Positions 9,173 to 20,416 of a DNA stretch of 64,000 nucleotides are shown in pieces (within the stretch, counting starts at the first letter, position 1; every line of letters starts with the position of its first letter). A program made the translations under genes and the position numbers. The notes under the pieces were generated by a model, which saw nothing but the letters and a program-made list of their open reading frames with translations, was not told the DNA's origin and ran no database searches. Origin of the DNA: a virus (taxonomy: Duplodnaviria; Caudoviricetes); IMG/VR virus record IMGVR_UViG_3300028591_000073, positions 32,001-96,000 of that record; one strand, 5' to 3'.

Positions 9173-12100
9173 ATGGCAAAAAAAGGTAGTAGTTTCATTC
9201 CGAATATTCCCGGACAGATTCTTTATATTGGTAAAGAAGTTGCTAAGGATTATTTTAGTGATTATACTGAAAACATCACAACCTTTATCAATGATGCAAA
9301 GGAAGTCGGTGATCAATTAACCCAAGGAAAATCCAAAGTAGTTGATATTGTTGCTGATATCAAACAAAATGGTGGTAAGAAAGCATTAGATTGGTTCATG
9401 CAACGTTCCGATGAATCTGATGAATATGGTTTATTGAACGGAGGTAATGATTCTGATTTTGATGCTGGTTTCCAAGTTGGTGATGGTGACGGCGAACAAG
9501 AATCTCCGAGTTCGAAAATTGCGGATGAAGAAAGCATGAAAGACATTGCTCGTGGACAAGTGAATGCGATGTACCAAATTGGTGCAAAACAAGCAGAAGC
9601 ATCCATGATCAATGCTGCTGAAATCGTATCCCATATTGATGGTCGTGCAAGTGAAATTGTAACATCATTAAACAATATGAACAAATCTATCATTGGTATT
9701 GGTGAAAAGATTGATGCATTGGGTAAGTTGTTACAAACCCAAACACAAATTGAAGAAGAACAAATGAAAGCACAGAATCAATCAGCAATTGATTCAAATG
9801 GACGTGTGACACTGGGTTCATGGTTTAACCAAATGAGATCCAATGTGAAAGATGCTGCAACAAACAATATCGTTGCACAAATGTTATCGATGGGAAAAGA
9901 TGCATTAACACCAGCAGGTATCATCAGTATGTTATTGAGTGATACAAAGGATAAGAAAACTGGTAGAGTTGGAGCAGCTGTTGGTAGTGGTATTGACTTT
10001 CTTACAGAATTGATTGGTGGTAAACAAACCAATTTTTCTGAAAAGTTTGCAAATAATTCACTCAACACAATCGGAAACAGTTTCAATGATATAATTGGTA
10101 ATGCAATCTCCAATGTATTGTTGGGTGGAAATAAGAAACTCAATGATGCATTAAGTAAGATTCCATTTTTTGGTGATATGTTATCCGGAGCATTAAATAA
10201 AGGATTAACATTGAAATCCGGTACAGTTGGGGATTATAAAGCTGAAATTAAAAATGAATACACGAGAGACAAAGCTGTCTTTGATGGTATCACTAGACAA
10301 TCTATCACAGAAATCATCCCGGGTTATTTAAAGATTATTGCACAATCGATGACGGGTGTCGCATGGGATCACAAAAATGGACATGTCACACAACATGGCA
10401 GCTCCCGTAAATCTCAAGATAAAATCTTAGATGCTGTAGATAATTCAAATATTAGTGCAATGAAAAATTCTGACCATGATGCGGTTATTAATAAACATGC
10501 TGCTTATAGAGCCAGCAAAACAAATATCGATGATTCCGAATTGAAAGATAGATGGAATAAAAAACAAGATGAATTGGAAGCTGAAGCAACAAAGAATGGG
10601 GGAACCTATCAACGAGCCGCATTTGATAAGGATGCAGAAAAGCAAATGCGTAGCGAAATCCAAAATGAAAGAGCCCAACAGATTGTTGCAGAAATAAAAA
10701 TGAATACGGCTGATTTTGAATCTGCATTCAAGCTTGCTGTATTGATTGTTTATAAGGGTGATGGAATTGAAGTTCAAAGTGTTGATGAATTTAAGAAAAC
10801 ATTCAGTTGGTCGGCTGTGAAAAAGAAATGTCTCAATATTATGAAAAAATCATTGGAAGGTGCAAATGGAGCTAAGAAACGAGAGAATTTCAATTCATGG
10901 TTTAATTCATTACAAATTGCCATAATGAATCCATCTCTTGGGAAAAATCTATTTGATGATACAAGTACAATTCCTGGTCAATTCATGAATGATGTATTTA
11001 ATTCATTAAAAGCTGCAAATGAAGCTGATATGAAACGAAAAAATGATGATGCTTCCATGGGTCGTTTGAGTGAAGATTTAACAGAGGCTGACGCGATTAG
11101 ATATTTTGAAGAAGGACAATCTGTTCGTACTGCACAAACCAACAATGAACAAAGACGTGCTAAAGAACGTGAAAAATATATGCAGACGGAAGAATACAAA
11201 GAGAGACTTGAAAAATTTAATAAAGCAAATGAAAGTAAATTTACCAGAGGGACCGTAGAAGATCCAGAGAAGTGGCTTGAGGAAATGGTTACCAAGAGCA
11301 TGAAAAAAATGGAAGAGTATGTCAAAGATGAAAAAACAATAGAAAAGAGTCAACGTGAAAAGGCAGGTATTGTTCGTGAAGACATTGATGCAACAAAGAT
11401 TTCTAAAACAGAAACTGTTGGTATTAGTGCAAATTTCGAAAAAGATTTGTTTGGAAGACTAGACGGTATCATCAATGCTATTAACCATCTTAATGTGACA
11501 AATACAACAGGTGGTGGTAATATTCCTTCTATCTTAAATAACATCTATGGTCGTGGTGATGACAAAAAAGAAGGAGACGAAACTTCCAAAGAAGATGAAA
11601 TCATTTCTGATACTGCAACAAAGATGGCACAAACACAAGCCGCTGATGGTGATCTCGCAAGTGATTTACCGTTCTTAAAACGAATCACCTCTCAAATGAA
11701 AAATAAAGGATTGGGTAACAAACTGAGCCAGATGTTCACCATGTGGGGTACCAACATGAAGAATGGTATCAAGGACAAAGTACAAGGAGCTCTTAATAAA
11801 TCCCCACTTGGTAGTGCGATTTCCAAATACATTCTTCCGGCAATTGGAGTCATTGGTGCATGGATTAAAAAGAAAATAGGTGCAGCATTTAGACTTATCG
11901 GACAGAAGGTTCTCACACCAGCATTGAATCTGGTGAAAAAGGGAATGAAATCCGGTATGGATGATGTGAAAAAAGGATGGACACAAATCTGGGGTACGGA
12001 AGAAGAACGTGCAAAACGCAAGGAAGAACGTGAGAAACGTGCAGAAGCAAAGAAAGCCCAACGAGACGAGAGACGTGCACAAAAACGGGCTGAAAAAGAA

Positions 12101-15100
12101 GCAAAAGCATTATCAAAAGCTGCAGAGAAAGGCACACGTGAAGGTTCCGAAAAGGGTGCAAAAGAAGGTGTGAAAGCAGGCACAAATGGAGGGTCCGGTG
12201 GTGGAGGCTTCTTCTCGAATATTAAAAATAAATTCTTTAAAAAGAAAGGTGATTCTGAAGACGGAACCACAACAAGTGATCCAACAATTGGTGCACCTGC
12301 GTCCGGAAAAGGCGGAGCATTGGGAGGTGTGCTGAGGGCTGTAAAAGGAATCGGTAATATCTTAAAGGGTTTTGGTAAAATGATATTGACTGCAATTGCA
12401 TCATTAACTGCTGTGAAAGTCATCATGGATCTCGTTCAAAAAACATTGACAACTGCAGTTCAGCCATTAAATAAAGCATTTAAGAAGTTGACAGGAACCA
12501 TTAAGAAGCTATTAAAAGCTGTTGGCGATTCCATTAAATATGTTGCAAATTTAGTTGTTAAATTAGTTGAGTCGTTAATGCCCGTGCTAAATGTATTGGT
12601 TGATCTAGTTGGTGAGTTGTTAGGTGGAATCATAGGAGCGCTTGATCCCATTTTAAATGTACTAACAGGATTAATCGATGTGCTGGTTGGACCAATTAAC
12701 ATGATATTGGATCTTGTCATGGATGTTGTCGGACCGATTCTTACGTCAGTTGGTACGATCGTTGAATCAATCGGTGAAGTATTAACCGGGGTATTGACTC
12801 CAATTCTACAAGCTGCTGGTGCTTTAATAAGTGCATTAATGCCAATTCTCAATCCATTATTAAATCTGACGACATTAGCAATCAATTGGTTGGTGACAGA
12901 TGGACCATTAGGCAAATTCATTGATGATGCAACATGGCTCTTGACAAAGGTTGCAAATGTTCTTGGTATTCTCGCAGGAGGTATACAAGGTGCAGTTGGT
13001 GCGATCCAAATGGTCCTCGGTAAAATCTTAGAAGGTATTGGTACTGTCATAGATTTAATGCCATTTACGGGAAGTATCGGTAAGAAGATTAAACAAGCGG
13101 GAATCGACATGTTTGGTGCTTCGGAAGAAACATTTGAAGGTGCACAAGAACAGATTGATTCGTCGGTTGGCGCATTGACTGGTAAAAATAAAGAAACCAA
13201 ATCTGATGCGTCCGCTTCTGGATTAAAGGCCGATCAATCGAATGCGATTGCAACACCTATTCCATCAACTGGTGGTTCGATGGATTCTATCAATGGTTCT
13301 GGTGATACCTATAGTGAGGATCAACGGTATAATCCAATCGAAACATTTGGTCCATTCATGGAAGCGATTTGGAATGAATTGAACAAGATGCGAACTGTTC
13401 AAGAAGAAACAGTAGAACCGTCGATGGAAAATAGTAATGCATATCAAGAAATGATGTTGGGTAATGTAACCAAGCATATCAATAAACAAATGATGATGGC
13501 GTCTAAGGTATTCATTCCGATGTATGCATCATTCAAGGCAGATGTTGTTCCCACATTGGAATCGATTGAGTCATTGACAAAATTGTCGATTGGTAATGAT
13601 CAAGCTTATTACGGACAACAACTTGCTGCTGATGCATTACAATTGATCGCTGCTGGATCCACTGCTGCTGGTGCAGCTTTATTCCAAACATCAATTGGTA
13701 TGTCTGCTTCTGGTATGGCATATCAAGCTGAAGGTATTACATCGAAAGCAAATCAAGTATCGTATCTTACAACAGGACAGCCTTTCTATATTTCATCATT
13801 GTATCCGGATGCTACTGACACAACAACATCCTCTGAGATTGCAGAAGATAATACATCAGTTGCCAATGAAACTTCTAATGATCCTACTAATACTAATACT
13901 AACACAACTGTGACAATCCCAACAATACCGGTTACGACAACACCAGTGAGTGGTTATCGCGATTACTTTGGTTCTGGTGATTCACAAGGCAGATATGGAT
14001 CTTATTTGAACATGAGTCAACGTGGATGTGGTCCTGTTGCACTAGCGGATGCTGCCAACAGACGTGGTGGAAATGTAAATGCTGGTGCGTTAGCAAGTAG
14101 CATGGCATCCTCTGGTAGTTATTCTTCTTCTCGTGGTACAAGTGTTGGTGGATTTATTGATACAGCTGCATCCATGGGTATGGGATATCAGGTCGGTGGT
14201 GTGACATCACAATCTTTGAATCGTGCAACTCCAAATAACCCTGTTACACTTGTTGGTAGTGGTGCTGGATTCGGAACACGTTCTGGAAACACACACTACA
14301 TCAACGTCGTTGGTACAGACCATGCTGGTGGTGCTTATGTATCCAATCCATTAAGTGGTCGAGTAGAACGTCGTTCTGCAAATGAATTAGCATCTTCTTC
14401 TGTTGTTGGTCTATATGGTTCTGGAGATGTTCGTGGAACACATGGTACATTGTATGGTTTATATGGGAATGGTCCAACGACAACAACTACTACATTGACA
14501 AATGAAGAATTTGCCAATAGGAGCAAAGCTGTTTACAATTATATCAAATTTGACGATTCATCCACTCAATACTCTGGAACAAAATGGTGGCTGAATGGTG
14601 CTGGTGCAGGCAATTTAACAGATTCGGAGAGAGACGCGATTAATAGCCTCTATAGCATGTATAGTGCAAAAATGACAACAAGTTCTGTTGGCAAATACAA
14701 GTGGCTCGCAAATGAATGGAATGCAGCATATTTCAATGTACAATATTTGTCAAATGGAAAATTAGCGGAAAAAGATTATCAAACATTGATTCAAAAAATC
14801 AAAAATTGGATTAGACAGAATTATGTTATTAACACACTGAATATACCTTCATCCTCTTCTTCTAATGAACAAACATCATCTGTCACTAATACCACTGGAT
14901 CAAATATTGCTAATACTTCAGATGCTGATTCTGCTCGTTTGAAGTGGTGGAGTAATATGTCGGCAGATCAACGTGCAGAATGGGTAATTAGCACAATGCA
15001 AAAACAATCTTCTACATTATACAACGCTGTCAACGCCAACTTCCAAAATGAACTTGCAACATATATGCAGAAAAATCCAAACTCTACACCACCATATCCG

Positions 15101-18100
15101 ACATTAAAGAAATGGATTGCAAACCATATCAAGAATATTAATATTAACACGGTCAATTGGGCAAACCTATTCAAGACAATGGCTGGTTCTTATCTGAAAG
15201 AATATGGATTAACTAGTGTTGCAACAGATATCATCGAAGATTCCATCGATGATGCAACATCTTCTGATTATACAGGTAGCACAATTGCTGGAACAGCCAG
15301 CACTACTATCACCGCAGCTCCTGGTGGTAGTACAGGATACATTAGCACAGAACAAAAACTCTCTGCTGATTCAAATTCAAGTGTGATACCAACAATCGAA
15401 GGTGATAGCTTCTCCGAACGTATTAAGAATGCGATGAGTGGACTCACTGGTATCTTCTCGAATATTCTGAAAATGTTCTCTGCAAATGAAGATTCCGAAG
15501 TAGAAGAATCAGTGAATGAAGCAGAAGAAAAACGTGTTGAAAAAGTAATTCGTGAAGCAGTTGGTAATGAAGAATATGAACAATATGAATCACAAGCATA
15601 TCAATTGCTAGTTCAGAATAATCCAAAATATGAAACTGAAACAGATGATCATTATAATGCTAGAATTAAGGCTCTATGGGATAATGAATCCACAAAACGT
15701 AAATACTTGAATGCTGTTGCTAAGAACAATGCTAACATCATGAATGCTATGAAAGTTAATGGCATGATGGATGCATCTGAAGGTAGTATGTCTTCTATTT
15801 ATGGTGAATATGATGCCGAGACCGGTACATGGAGTGGCGGTATGTTAAATGCTGCTCTCGGCCAAGGTAGCAGTATTGTAGAATCCTCTTATAATGACCC
15901 ATACGCTGGCAAGTTTGTTTCTGATGGTGGTGCTGTCATGTGGACGGATGCATATCAGCCAACCATCTTTGATACAAACATCACTGAAGATGGTGGTGTT
16001 TCACAATCACAATCTCCCATTCATGAATTCTTCTTGAAGACAAGTGGTGCAAGTGAATCAGAATACTCATTCTCAAAGAATAATAACTGGTACACCAGAC
16101 GTTCTGATCCGGATACTAGTGGTACTGGTTCATCTGGTGATTCTCACCAGGGTGTGGATATTCTCACATATCCTGCATCGATTATGCAAGCTGGTAAGTC
16201 TGAATTACATGCAATCACAGGTGGTAAAGTAATCGACGTTCGATATGCTAATGAGGGAAATCCGAATTCCCCATATAACCAAGGTAGCGATGGTGGTTGG
16301 GGCAACTCCGTACAGTTCGAAGATGCTGCCGGATACTTCCACCGTTATGCACATATGCGTGATAAACCGACGGTCAATGTGGGTGATACCATTACGCCTG
16401 GTCAACTGCTTGGTGTGATTGGTACAACTGGTATGTCAACTGGAGAACATCTCCACTATCAAATCAATCCACCTGGACATGGTAATGAAGATGGATCATG
16501 GGTTAATCCATTAACATACTTTAAGTACCATCAACCTGCTGCATCTACGGGAACGGTACAAGGTGAAATCCCATTTGAAGGTTCACTTGAAAGTGGTAAC
16601 GTTTGGGACACTTATGCAACAAGATATGCCGATGAATGGCCAGCATTTATCCAAAAAGGTGCGGCCGCTGGTATGACTCCAGCTGAAATTGCAACAATCA
16701 TTTCCACAGGTATCTGGGAAGATGGTGCAAAAAAACTGGTTAACACAAAGAGCTTAACTGCAACAACATATGATGGATCTGGTCAACGTGCTGAAGGTAT
16801 CATGAACTGGGTTGAATCAGGTGTTGCTGGAAGTACTGTGGAAGAACAATTGAAGTATATTAAAGATAGATATTGGAGAATGACTCCAATGGATGGTAAA
16901 ACCACTTCAGGAACATATCGTGATGATATTGTGAAAGGGGGCGGTGAATCTGTCTTTAAACAAACAACTGGTAGAGCTGGGTTTACACTTAGCCCTGGTG
17001 ATCGTTATGCAGATAAATTGAATACTGATTTGATTGAAGGTTCCACATACTTCTATCAAGGCGACTTGCAACCTCCAAAAGTTTATACCACAAAAGGATT
17101 GGCAGAGAATGTTGGTACTGCTGTCGGTGTCTATAACTGGTTATTGAGAAATGGTTATGCAGTTGCGCCATCATCTTATGAAACAAATGCACAAACCAAT
17201 TATGCTGAGAATGCTTCACAAATCGGAACTGGTACTGGTGGTCCTGATGCATATTCCACATATTCCAACCAAGATACGAATATGGGTGTTATCTGGAATT
17301 ATCTGAGAAATAACTTGGGATATTCCGAAGAGGCATCTGCTGGTGTTATGGGTAACCTTTCCGCAGAAAGTGCATATTATCCGATGGCAGTCTATGTACA
17401 AGGCGGATCCGACCATTCACAACCCGATAGCTTCAACAGAGATTTGGTTGACAAATTTGATTCCACACATAGTTGGCCACTTGGTACAAATGATCCATAC
17501 GGTATTGCACAATGGCTTAGTGGTCGTCGAACAAGCATGCTATCTAAAGCCACATCTGACGGAAAGTCAATTGCTGACTTACCAATGCAATTGGAATTCA
17601 TGAAGAGCGAATTGGAAAGTAGCGAAAAGAGTGCACACTCCGCAATGCAAAATGTTGGTTCTGTACAAGCAGCTGCAGACACATGGATGAATAAATTTGA
17701 ACGTTGTAATGGTCAAGCACAATCTAAACGTCGTGAACGTGCACAACAAGCATATGATAAATTCAAGGGAACAAATGGTGGTGTGGTTGACGTAAACGGT
17801 GGTCAGTTTGATAGTACCAGCACTATTCCAACAGATCCAAAAGATTCTGTATGGGTTAATGCATTAAATAAAGTCATTCATCAAACCGACTTGGAAGGTT
17901 TACATGACTATGCACAAGTAGAACATACAATCACATTGGATGGTCAGACATTACATGGTCGACCCGATTGTACAGGCATGTTCAAATATGCAATTGATTA
18001 TCTCGGATATGATACTGGAAATGTCCAATCTAGTGCATTAGTCAGTGCATCTGATAAAAGCAATCACCCCATTAAGAAAGATAAAGAGGATTCTTCAGAC

Positions 18101-18967
18101 TTCACAGCATACAAATGGAGTGAAATTGGTAAAGAAGGTGTACAACCTGGAGATATACTGGTTTATGATGGACATGGTGAAGTCGGTTATGGAATGATCG
18201 ATGGCCGTTTAAAAGGTTGGAACTATGGGTATACTGATGGTATCTTAAACACACAAAAAATCGCAGAACGTATGTTAAATGGTGAAGCATCTGCTGAAGT
18301 TATGAAAGATGGGGAAAATTTGGGAGGAAACTATACTTACGTCATCCGCCCATCTGGACCATTATCTGTATCTGCAGCAACTGGTGGTACCAGCGGTACT
18401 GGATTGGCATTAAGTGGATATCAAGTTGGTAAACATCCAACTGCAGTAAACTGGGCAGCTAAGACATATGGCTATACAGGCATTGCACGTAACAGTGGCC
18501 AAGGAAAAGGATTCTCCAACTATGCATTTGGATCTATTGGTGGTATTGCAAACTATGTAGATGCATCACAGTATGCTGGATTGAGTAGTGTTGTAAACAA
18601 TGCCATTACTGGTAGCGGTGATGAGATACCGATTCCACCAATTGATCAAAGCAAAATCATGCAAACTGTTGGTACAAATGATCTATCCAATCTAATGATT
18701 GATACAAACGAACTTCCGCAAGCATCTACTACGAATGTGATTGTCACAAAGTCTTCTAAAGCAGAAGATGAAATGATAGATCGTATGATGAATCATACGT
18801 ACAATGTTCGTGCGGAACAAGTGGAAATTCTGTTACAACAGATTCTGGATAAAATGGATAACTTATCAGGCAAACAACAAACCACAACTCCAAAACAAAC
18901 ACCACAGAATGCTTTCCCAGATAACAATATTCCAAAACAAATTCAACGTCTTGCAAAAGGTGTTTAA
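9173..18967 (+). CDS. Tape-measure-like giant tail protein with cell-wall hydrolase domains (C39-like peptidase, M23 peptidase, phage tail lysozyme, NlpC/P60-like)
   Basis: 3264 aa with helical Leu/Val/Gly-rich tape-like repeats. Motifs: GCGP...HY..V.G...NP (C39-like), HQGVD...YAHM...STGEHLHY (M23), AGVMGNLSAES...YGIAQW (tail lysozyme), DCTG...PGDILV..GH (NlpC/P60-like). Confidence 0.85.
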   Translation: MAKKGSSFIPNIPGQILYIGKEVAKDYFSDYTENITTFINDAKEVGDQLTQGKSKVVDIVADIKQNGGKKALDWFMQRSDESDEYGLLNGGNDSDFDAGFQVGDGDGEQESPSSKIADEESMKDIARGQVNAMYQIGAKQAEASMINAAEIVSHIDGRASEIVTSLNNMNKSIIGIGEKIDALGKLLQTQTQIEEEQMKAQNQSAIDSNGRVTLGSWFNQMRSNVKDAATNNIVAQMLSMGKDALTPAGIISMLLSDTKDKKTGRVGAAVGSGIDFLTELIGGKQTNFSEKFANNSLNTIGNSFNDIIGNAISNVLLGGNKKLNDALSKIPFFGDMLSGALNKGLTLKSGTVGDYKAEIKNEYTRDKAVFDGITRQSITEIIPGYLKIIAQSMTGVAWDHKNGHVTQHGSSRKSQDKILDAVDNSNISAMKNSDHDAVINKHAAYRASKTNIDDSELKDRWNKKQDELEAEATKNGGTYQRAAFDKDAEKQMRSEIQNERAQQIVAEIKMNTADFESAFKLAVLIVYKGDGIEVQSVDEFKKTFSWSAVKKKCLNIMKKSLEGANGAKKRENFNSWFNSLQIAIMNPSLGKNLFDDTSTIPGQFMNDVFNSLKAANEADMKRKNDDASMGRLSEDLTEADAIRYFEEGQSVRTAQTNNEQRRAKEREKYMQTEEYKERLEKFNKANESKFTRGTVEDPEKWLEEMVTKSMKKMEEYVKDEKTIEKSQREKAGIVREDIDATKISKTETVGISANFEKDLFGRLDGIINAINHLNVTNTTGGGNIPSILNNIYGRGDDKKEGDETSKEDEIISDTATKMAQTQAADGDLASDLPFLKRITSQMKNKGLGNKLSQMFTMWGTNMKNGIKDKVQGALNKSPLGSAISKYILPAIGVIGAWIKKKIGAAFRLIGQKVLTPALNLVKKGMKSGMDDVKKGWTQIWGTEEERAKRKEEREKRAEAKKAQRDERRAQKRAEKEAKALSKAAEKGTREGSEKGAKEGVKAGTNGGSGGGGFFSNIKNKFFKKKGDSEDGTTTSDPTIGAPASGKGGALGGVLRAVKGIGNILKGFGKMILTAIASLTAVKVIMDLVQKTLTTAVQPLNKAFKKLTGTIKKLLKAVGDSIKYVANLVVKLVESLMPVLNVLVDLVGELLGGIIGALDPILNVLTGLIDVLVGPINMILDLVMDVVGPILTSVGTIVESIGEVLTGVLTPILQAAGALISALMPILNPLLNLTTLAINWLVTDGPLGKFIDDATWLLTKVANVLGILAGGIQGAVGAIQMVLGKILEGIGTVIDLMPFTGSIGKKIKQAGIDMFGASEETFEGAQEQIDSSVGALTGKNKETKSDASASGLKADQSNAIATPIPSTGGSMDSINGSGDTYSEDQRYNPIETFGPFMEAIWNELNKMRTVQEETVEPSMENSNAYQEMMLGNVTKHINKQMMMASKVFIPMYASFKADVVPTLESIESLTKLSIGNDQAYYGQQLAADALQLIAAGSTAAGAALFQTSIGMSASGMAYQAEGITSKANQVSYLTTGQPFYISSLYPDATDTTTSSEIAEDNTSVANETSNDPTNTNTNTTVTIPTIPVTTTPVSGYRDYFGSGDSQGRYGSYLNMSQRGCGPVALADAANRRGGNVNAGALASSMASSGSYSSSRGTSVGGFIDTAASMGMGYQVGGVTSQSLNRATPNNPVTLVGSGAGFGTRSGNTHYINVVGTDHAGGAYVSNPLSGRVERRSANELASSSVVGLYGSGDVRGTHGTLYGLYGNGPTTTTTTLTNEEFANRSKAVYNYIKFDDSSTQYSGTKWWLNGAGAGNLTDSERDAINSLYSMYSAKMTTSSVGKYKWLANEWNAAYFNVQYLSNGKLAEKDYQTLIQKIKNWIRQNYVINTLNIPSSSSSNEQTSSVTNTTGSNIANTSDADSARLKWWSNMSADQRAEWVISTMQKQSSTLYNAVNANFQNELATYMQKNPNSTPPYPTLKKWIANHIKNININTVNWANLFKTMAGSYLKEYGLTSVATDIIEDSIDDATSSDYTGSTIAGTASTTITAAPGGSTGYISTEQKLSADSNSSVIPTIEGDSFSERIKNAMSGLTGIFSNILKMFSANEDSEVEESVNEAEEKRVEKVIREAVGNEEYEQYESQAYQLLVQNNPKYETETDDHYNARIKALWDNESTKRKYLNAVAKNNANIMNAMKVNGMMDASEGSMSSIYGEYDAETGTWSGGMLNAALGQGSSIVESSYNDPYAGKFVSDGGAVMWTDAYQPTIFDTNITEDGGVSQSQSPIHEFFLKTSGASESEYSFSKNNNWYTRRSDPDTSGTGSSGDSHQGVDILTYPASIMQAGKSELHAITGGKVIDVRYANEGNPNSPYNQGSDGGWGNSVQFEDAAGYFHRYAHMRDKPTVNVGDTITPGQLLGVIGTTGMSTGEHLHYQINPPGHGNEDGSWVNPLTYFKYHQPAASTGTVQGEIPFEGSLESGNVWDTYATRYADEWPAFIQKGAAAGMTPAEIATIISTGIWEDGAKKLVNTKSLTATTYDGSGQRAEGIMNWVESGVAGSTVEEQLKYIKDRYWRMTPMDGKTTSGTYRDDIVKGGGESVFKQTTGRAGFTLSPGDRYADKLNTDLIEGSTYFYQGDLQPPKVYTTKGLAENVGTAVGVYNWLLRNGYAVAPSSYETNAQTNYAENASQIGTGTGGPDAYSTYSNQDTNMGVIWNYLRNNLGYSEEASAGVMGNLSAESAYYPMAVYVQGGSDHSQPDSFNRDLVDKFDSTHSWPLGTNDPYGIAQWLSGRRTSMLSKATSDGKSIADLPMQLEFMKSELESSEKSAHSAMQNVGSVQAAADTWMNKFERCNGQAQSKRRERAQQAYDKFKGTNGGVVDVNGGQFDSTSTIPTDPKDSVWVNALNKVIHQTDLEGLHDYAQVEHTITLDGQTLHGRPDCTGMFKYAIDYLGYDTGNVQSSALVSASDKSNHPIKKDKEDSSDFTAYKWSEIGKEGVQPGDILVYDGHGEVGYGMIDGRLKGWNYGYTDGILNTQKIAERMLNGEASAEVMKDGENLGGNYTYVIRPSGPLSVSAATGGTSGTGLALSGYQVGKHPTAVNWAAKTYGYTGIARNSGQGKGFSNYAFGSIGGIANYVDASQYAGLSSVVNNAITGSGDEIPIPPIDQSKIMQTVGTNDLSNLMIDTNELPQASTTNVIVTKSSKAEDEMIDRMMNHTYNVRAEQVEILLQQILDKMDNLSGKQQTTTPKQTPQNAFPDNNIPKQIQRLAKGV

Positions 18968-18978
18968 TACACAAGAAA

Positions 18979-19006
18979 AACAACCGGGGCATATGCCCCG
19001 GTTGTT
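18979..19006. terminator. Bidirectional terminator-like perfect palindrome between convergent genes
   Basis: AACAACCGGGGCATATGCCCCGGTTGTT. Confidence 0.7.
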
Positions 19007-19016
19007 CATTGTGTGA

Positions 19017-19607
19017 TTAATATTCATCATCATACTCATTGCATCTCATTTTTGATTCCAGCTGCATGTCAATTGGAATTCCACCATCATCCATTTCTTT
19101 ATCAAGGTCTTTGATTAAATTGTAAATCCAATCAAACATTGCTTCATTGTTGAACCGCTTGATAGCTCTGTCATGTTTCATGATACTTTTATATTTTCTA
19201 CCATAATCGATGAAACAAATACTGTTGATAGTCGAAGCCAATTCTACTGGAGATGGACTTGTTTGCACATTCACGGATGGATTATTTACCAAATTTGATG
19301 TGTATCCGTTCGGAATACGATGGGATTGTTCTCGAGCTGATTGTGCTTTTTCACTTATTCCGATATATGCAACAGGTGTTCCATTTGCATATACCTGCGG
19401 AATGATACGCATGTCATATTCAAATGTTCTACCGCCAGTATTAAAGGTAGCACAGATATTAATCATGCTTGGAACACCTTTCACTGTCAATTTTAAATCC
19501 GGATAAGTCTCATATAATTTGTCAACCATTTTTGCCAATACATCATATGCGAATTCGATATCCGGAATCATCTGTTCTTTGAGCATCTTAAATACATTAT
19601 TTTCCAT
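19017..19607 (-). CDS. Hypothetical protein
   Basis: ATG at 19607 with GGAGG RBS. The ORF track start at 19637 falls inside a palindrome. Confidence 0.75.
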   Translation of the reverse strand: MENNVFKMLKEQMIPDIEFAYDVLAKMVDKLYETYPDLKLTVKGVPSMINICATFNTGGRTFEYDMRIIPQVYANGTPVAYIGISEKAQSAREQSHRIPNGYTSNLVNNPSVNVQTSPSPVELASTINSICFIDYGRKYKSIMKHDRAIKRFNNEAMFDWIYNLIKDLDKEMDDGGIPIDMQLESKMRCNEYDDEY

Positions 19608-19666
19608 GATAAAAACCTCCATAAAGTCATCCCCCACATATGTGGGGGATATTGTTGTGATACTGA

Positions 19667-20107
19667 TTAGTCTTTGAACTGTTTGTTGTTGCTCTTGATT
19701 TTGTATTCATCATGAGCAGCTACCTTGGATTCATATGGCTGACCTTTCTTGTCACCCATCTGAATGATACCTGTATTGACAGTTTCATACTTGTGAATGA
19801 GTTTGAGTGTTGCAGGTGCTGTATTCTTGTCTGGTGCGGGAAGATTCAGTGCACGGCCTGTTTCAGCCATGTACTTGGCAACTGCATTGGGAATCTGTTC
19901 GGCAATCGGTGTCACATCGAAGTCATTGATTTCATCGATGATACCGAGTTCTGCTTCACAGCTCGGATAATTTGCTTTCTTAATACCAGCTTTCAAAGTC
20001 TGGCGGAAAGCTTGCTGAAGTTCGGGAGTAGTTCCATTCACATTGTTGAATGCCTGGTTTCCCCATTCAGCGATGGCGGCTAACGAATGATTTGCTGTTG
20101 TAATCAT
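19667..20107 (-). CDS. Small protein, possibly divergent HU/IHF-like DNA-binding protein
   Basis: AGGAGG RBS and an upstream TATATA-type promoter-like region. The C-terminal beta-arm-like segment (KVAAHDEYKIK) suggests an HU-like fold, but this is a weak inference. Confidence 0.45.
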   Translation of the reverse strand: MITTANHSLAAIAEWGNQAFNNVNGTTPELQQAFRQTLKAGIKKANYPSCEAELGIIDEINDFDVTPIAEQIPNAVAKYMAETGRALNLPAPDKNTAPATLKLIHKYETVNTGIIQMGDKKGQPYESKVAAHDEYKIKSNNKQFKD

Positions 20108-20203
20108 AATAGATTACCTCCTGTAATAAAATAATTAATTTATGATTAGGATACATTGTATCTCTAATACACTGTAATACTATATATGCCAAAATTATTT
20201 TAT

Positions 20204-20404
20204 TTATCCTGGCATAACACAATCAGCAACACCGACTGTATTGAGTAATTCGGATTCACTCATTTCCAATCCAGTTGCCATGTTAATCACAACCATTCCT
20301 TTTCTCAGGAACTTTAATACATCTTCCATGGATGCATTCATTGCATCTGCGATGTGGTTGTGATTGATATCTAGAATCTGAATGTTAAATGTCATAATAT
20401 TCAC
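20204..20404 (-). CDS. Hypothetical protein
   Basis: 66-aa ORF in tandem orientation with a purine-rich upstream sequence. Confidence 0.65.
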   Translation of the reverse strand: MNIMTFNIQILDINHNHIADAMNASMEDVLKFLRKGMVVINMATGLEMSESELLNTVGVADCVMPG

Positions 20405-20416
20405 CTGCCTACGTTA

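Noticed and set aside
10202-10212. 11-nt match (GGATTAACATT) between the putative guide of scaffold A and the giant tail gene
   Set aside because: Short and AT-rich, could arise by chance, and the match breaks immediately afterwards.
11692-13200. 244- and 246-aa antisense ORFs inside the giant tail gene
   Set aside because: Shadow ORFs arising from codon bias of the sense gene; no RBS or recognisable motifs.
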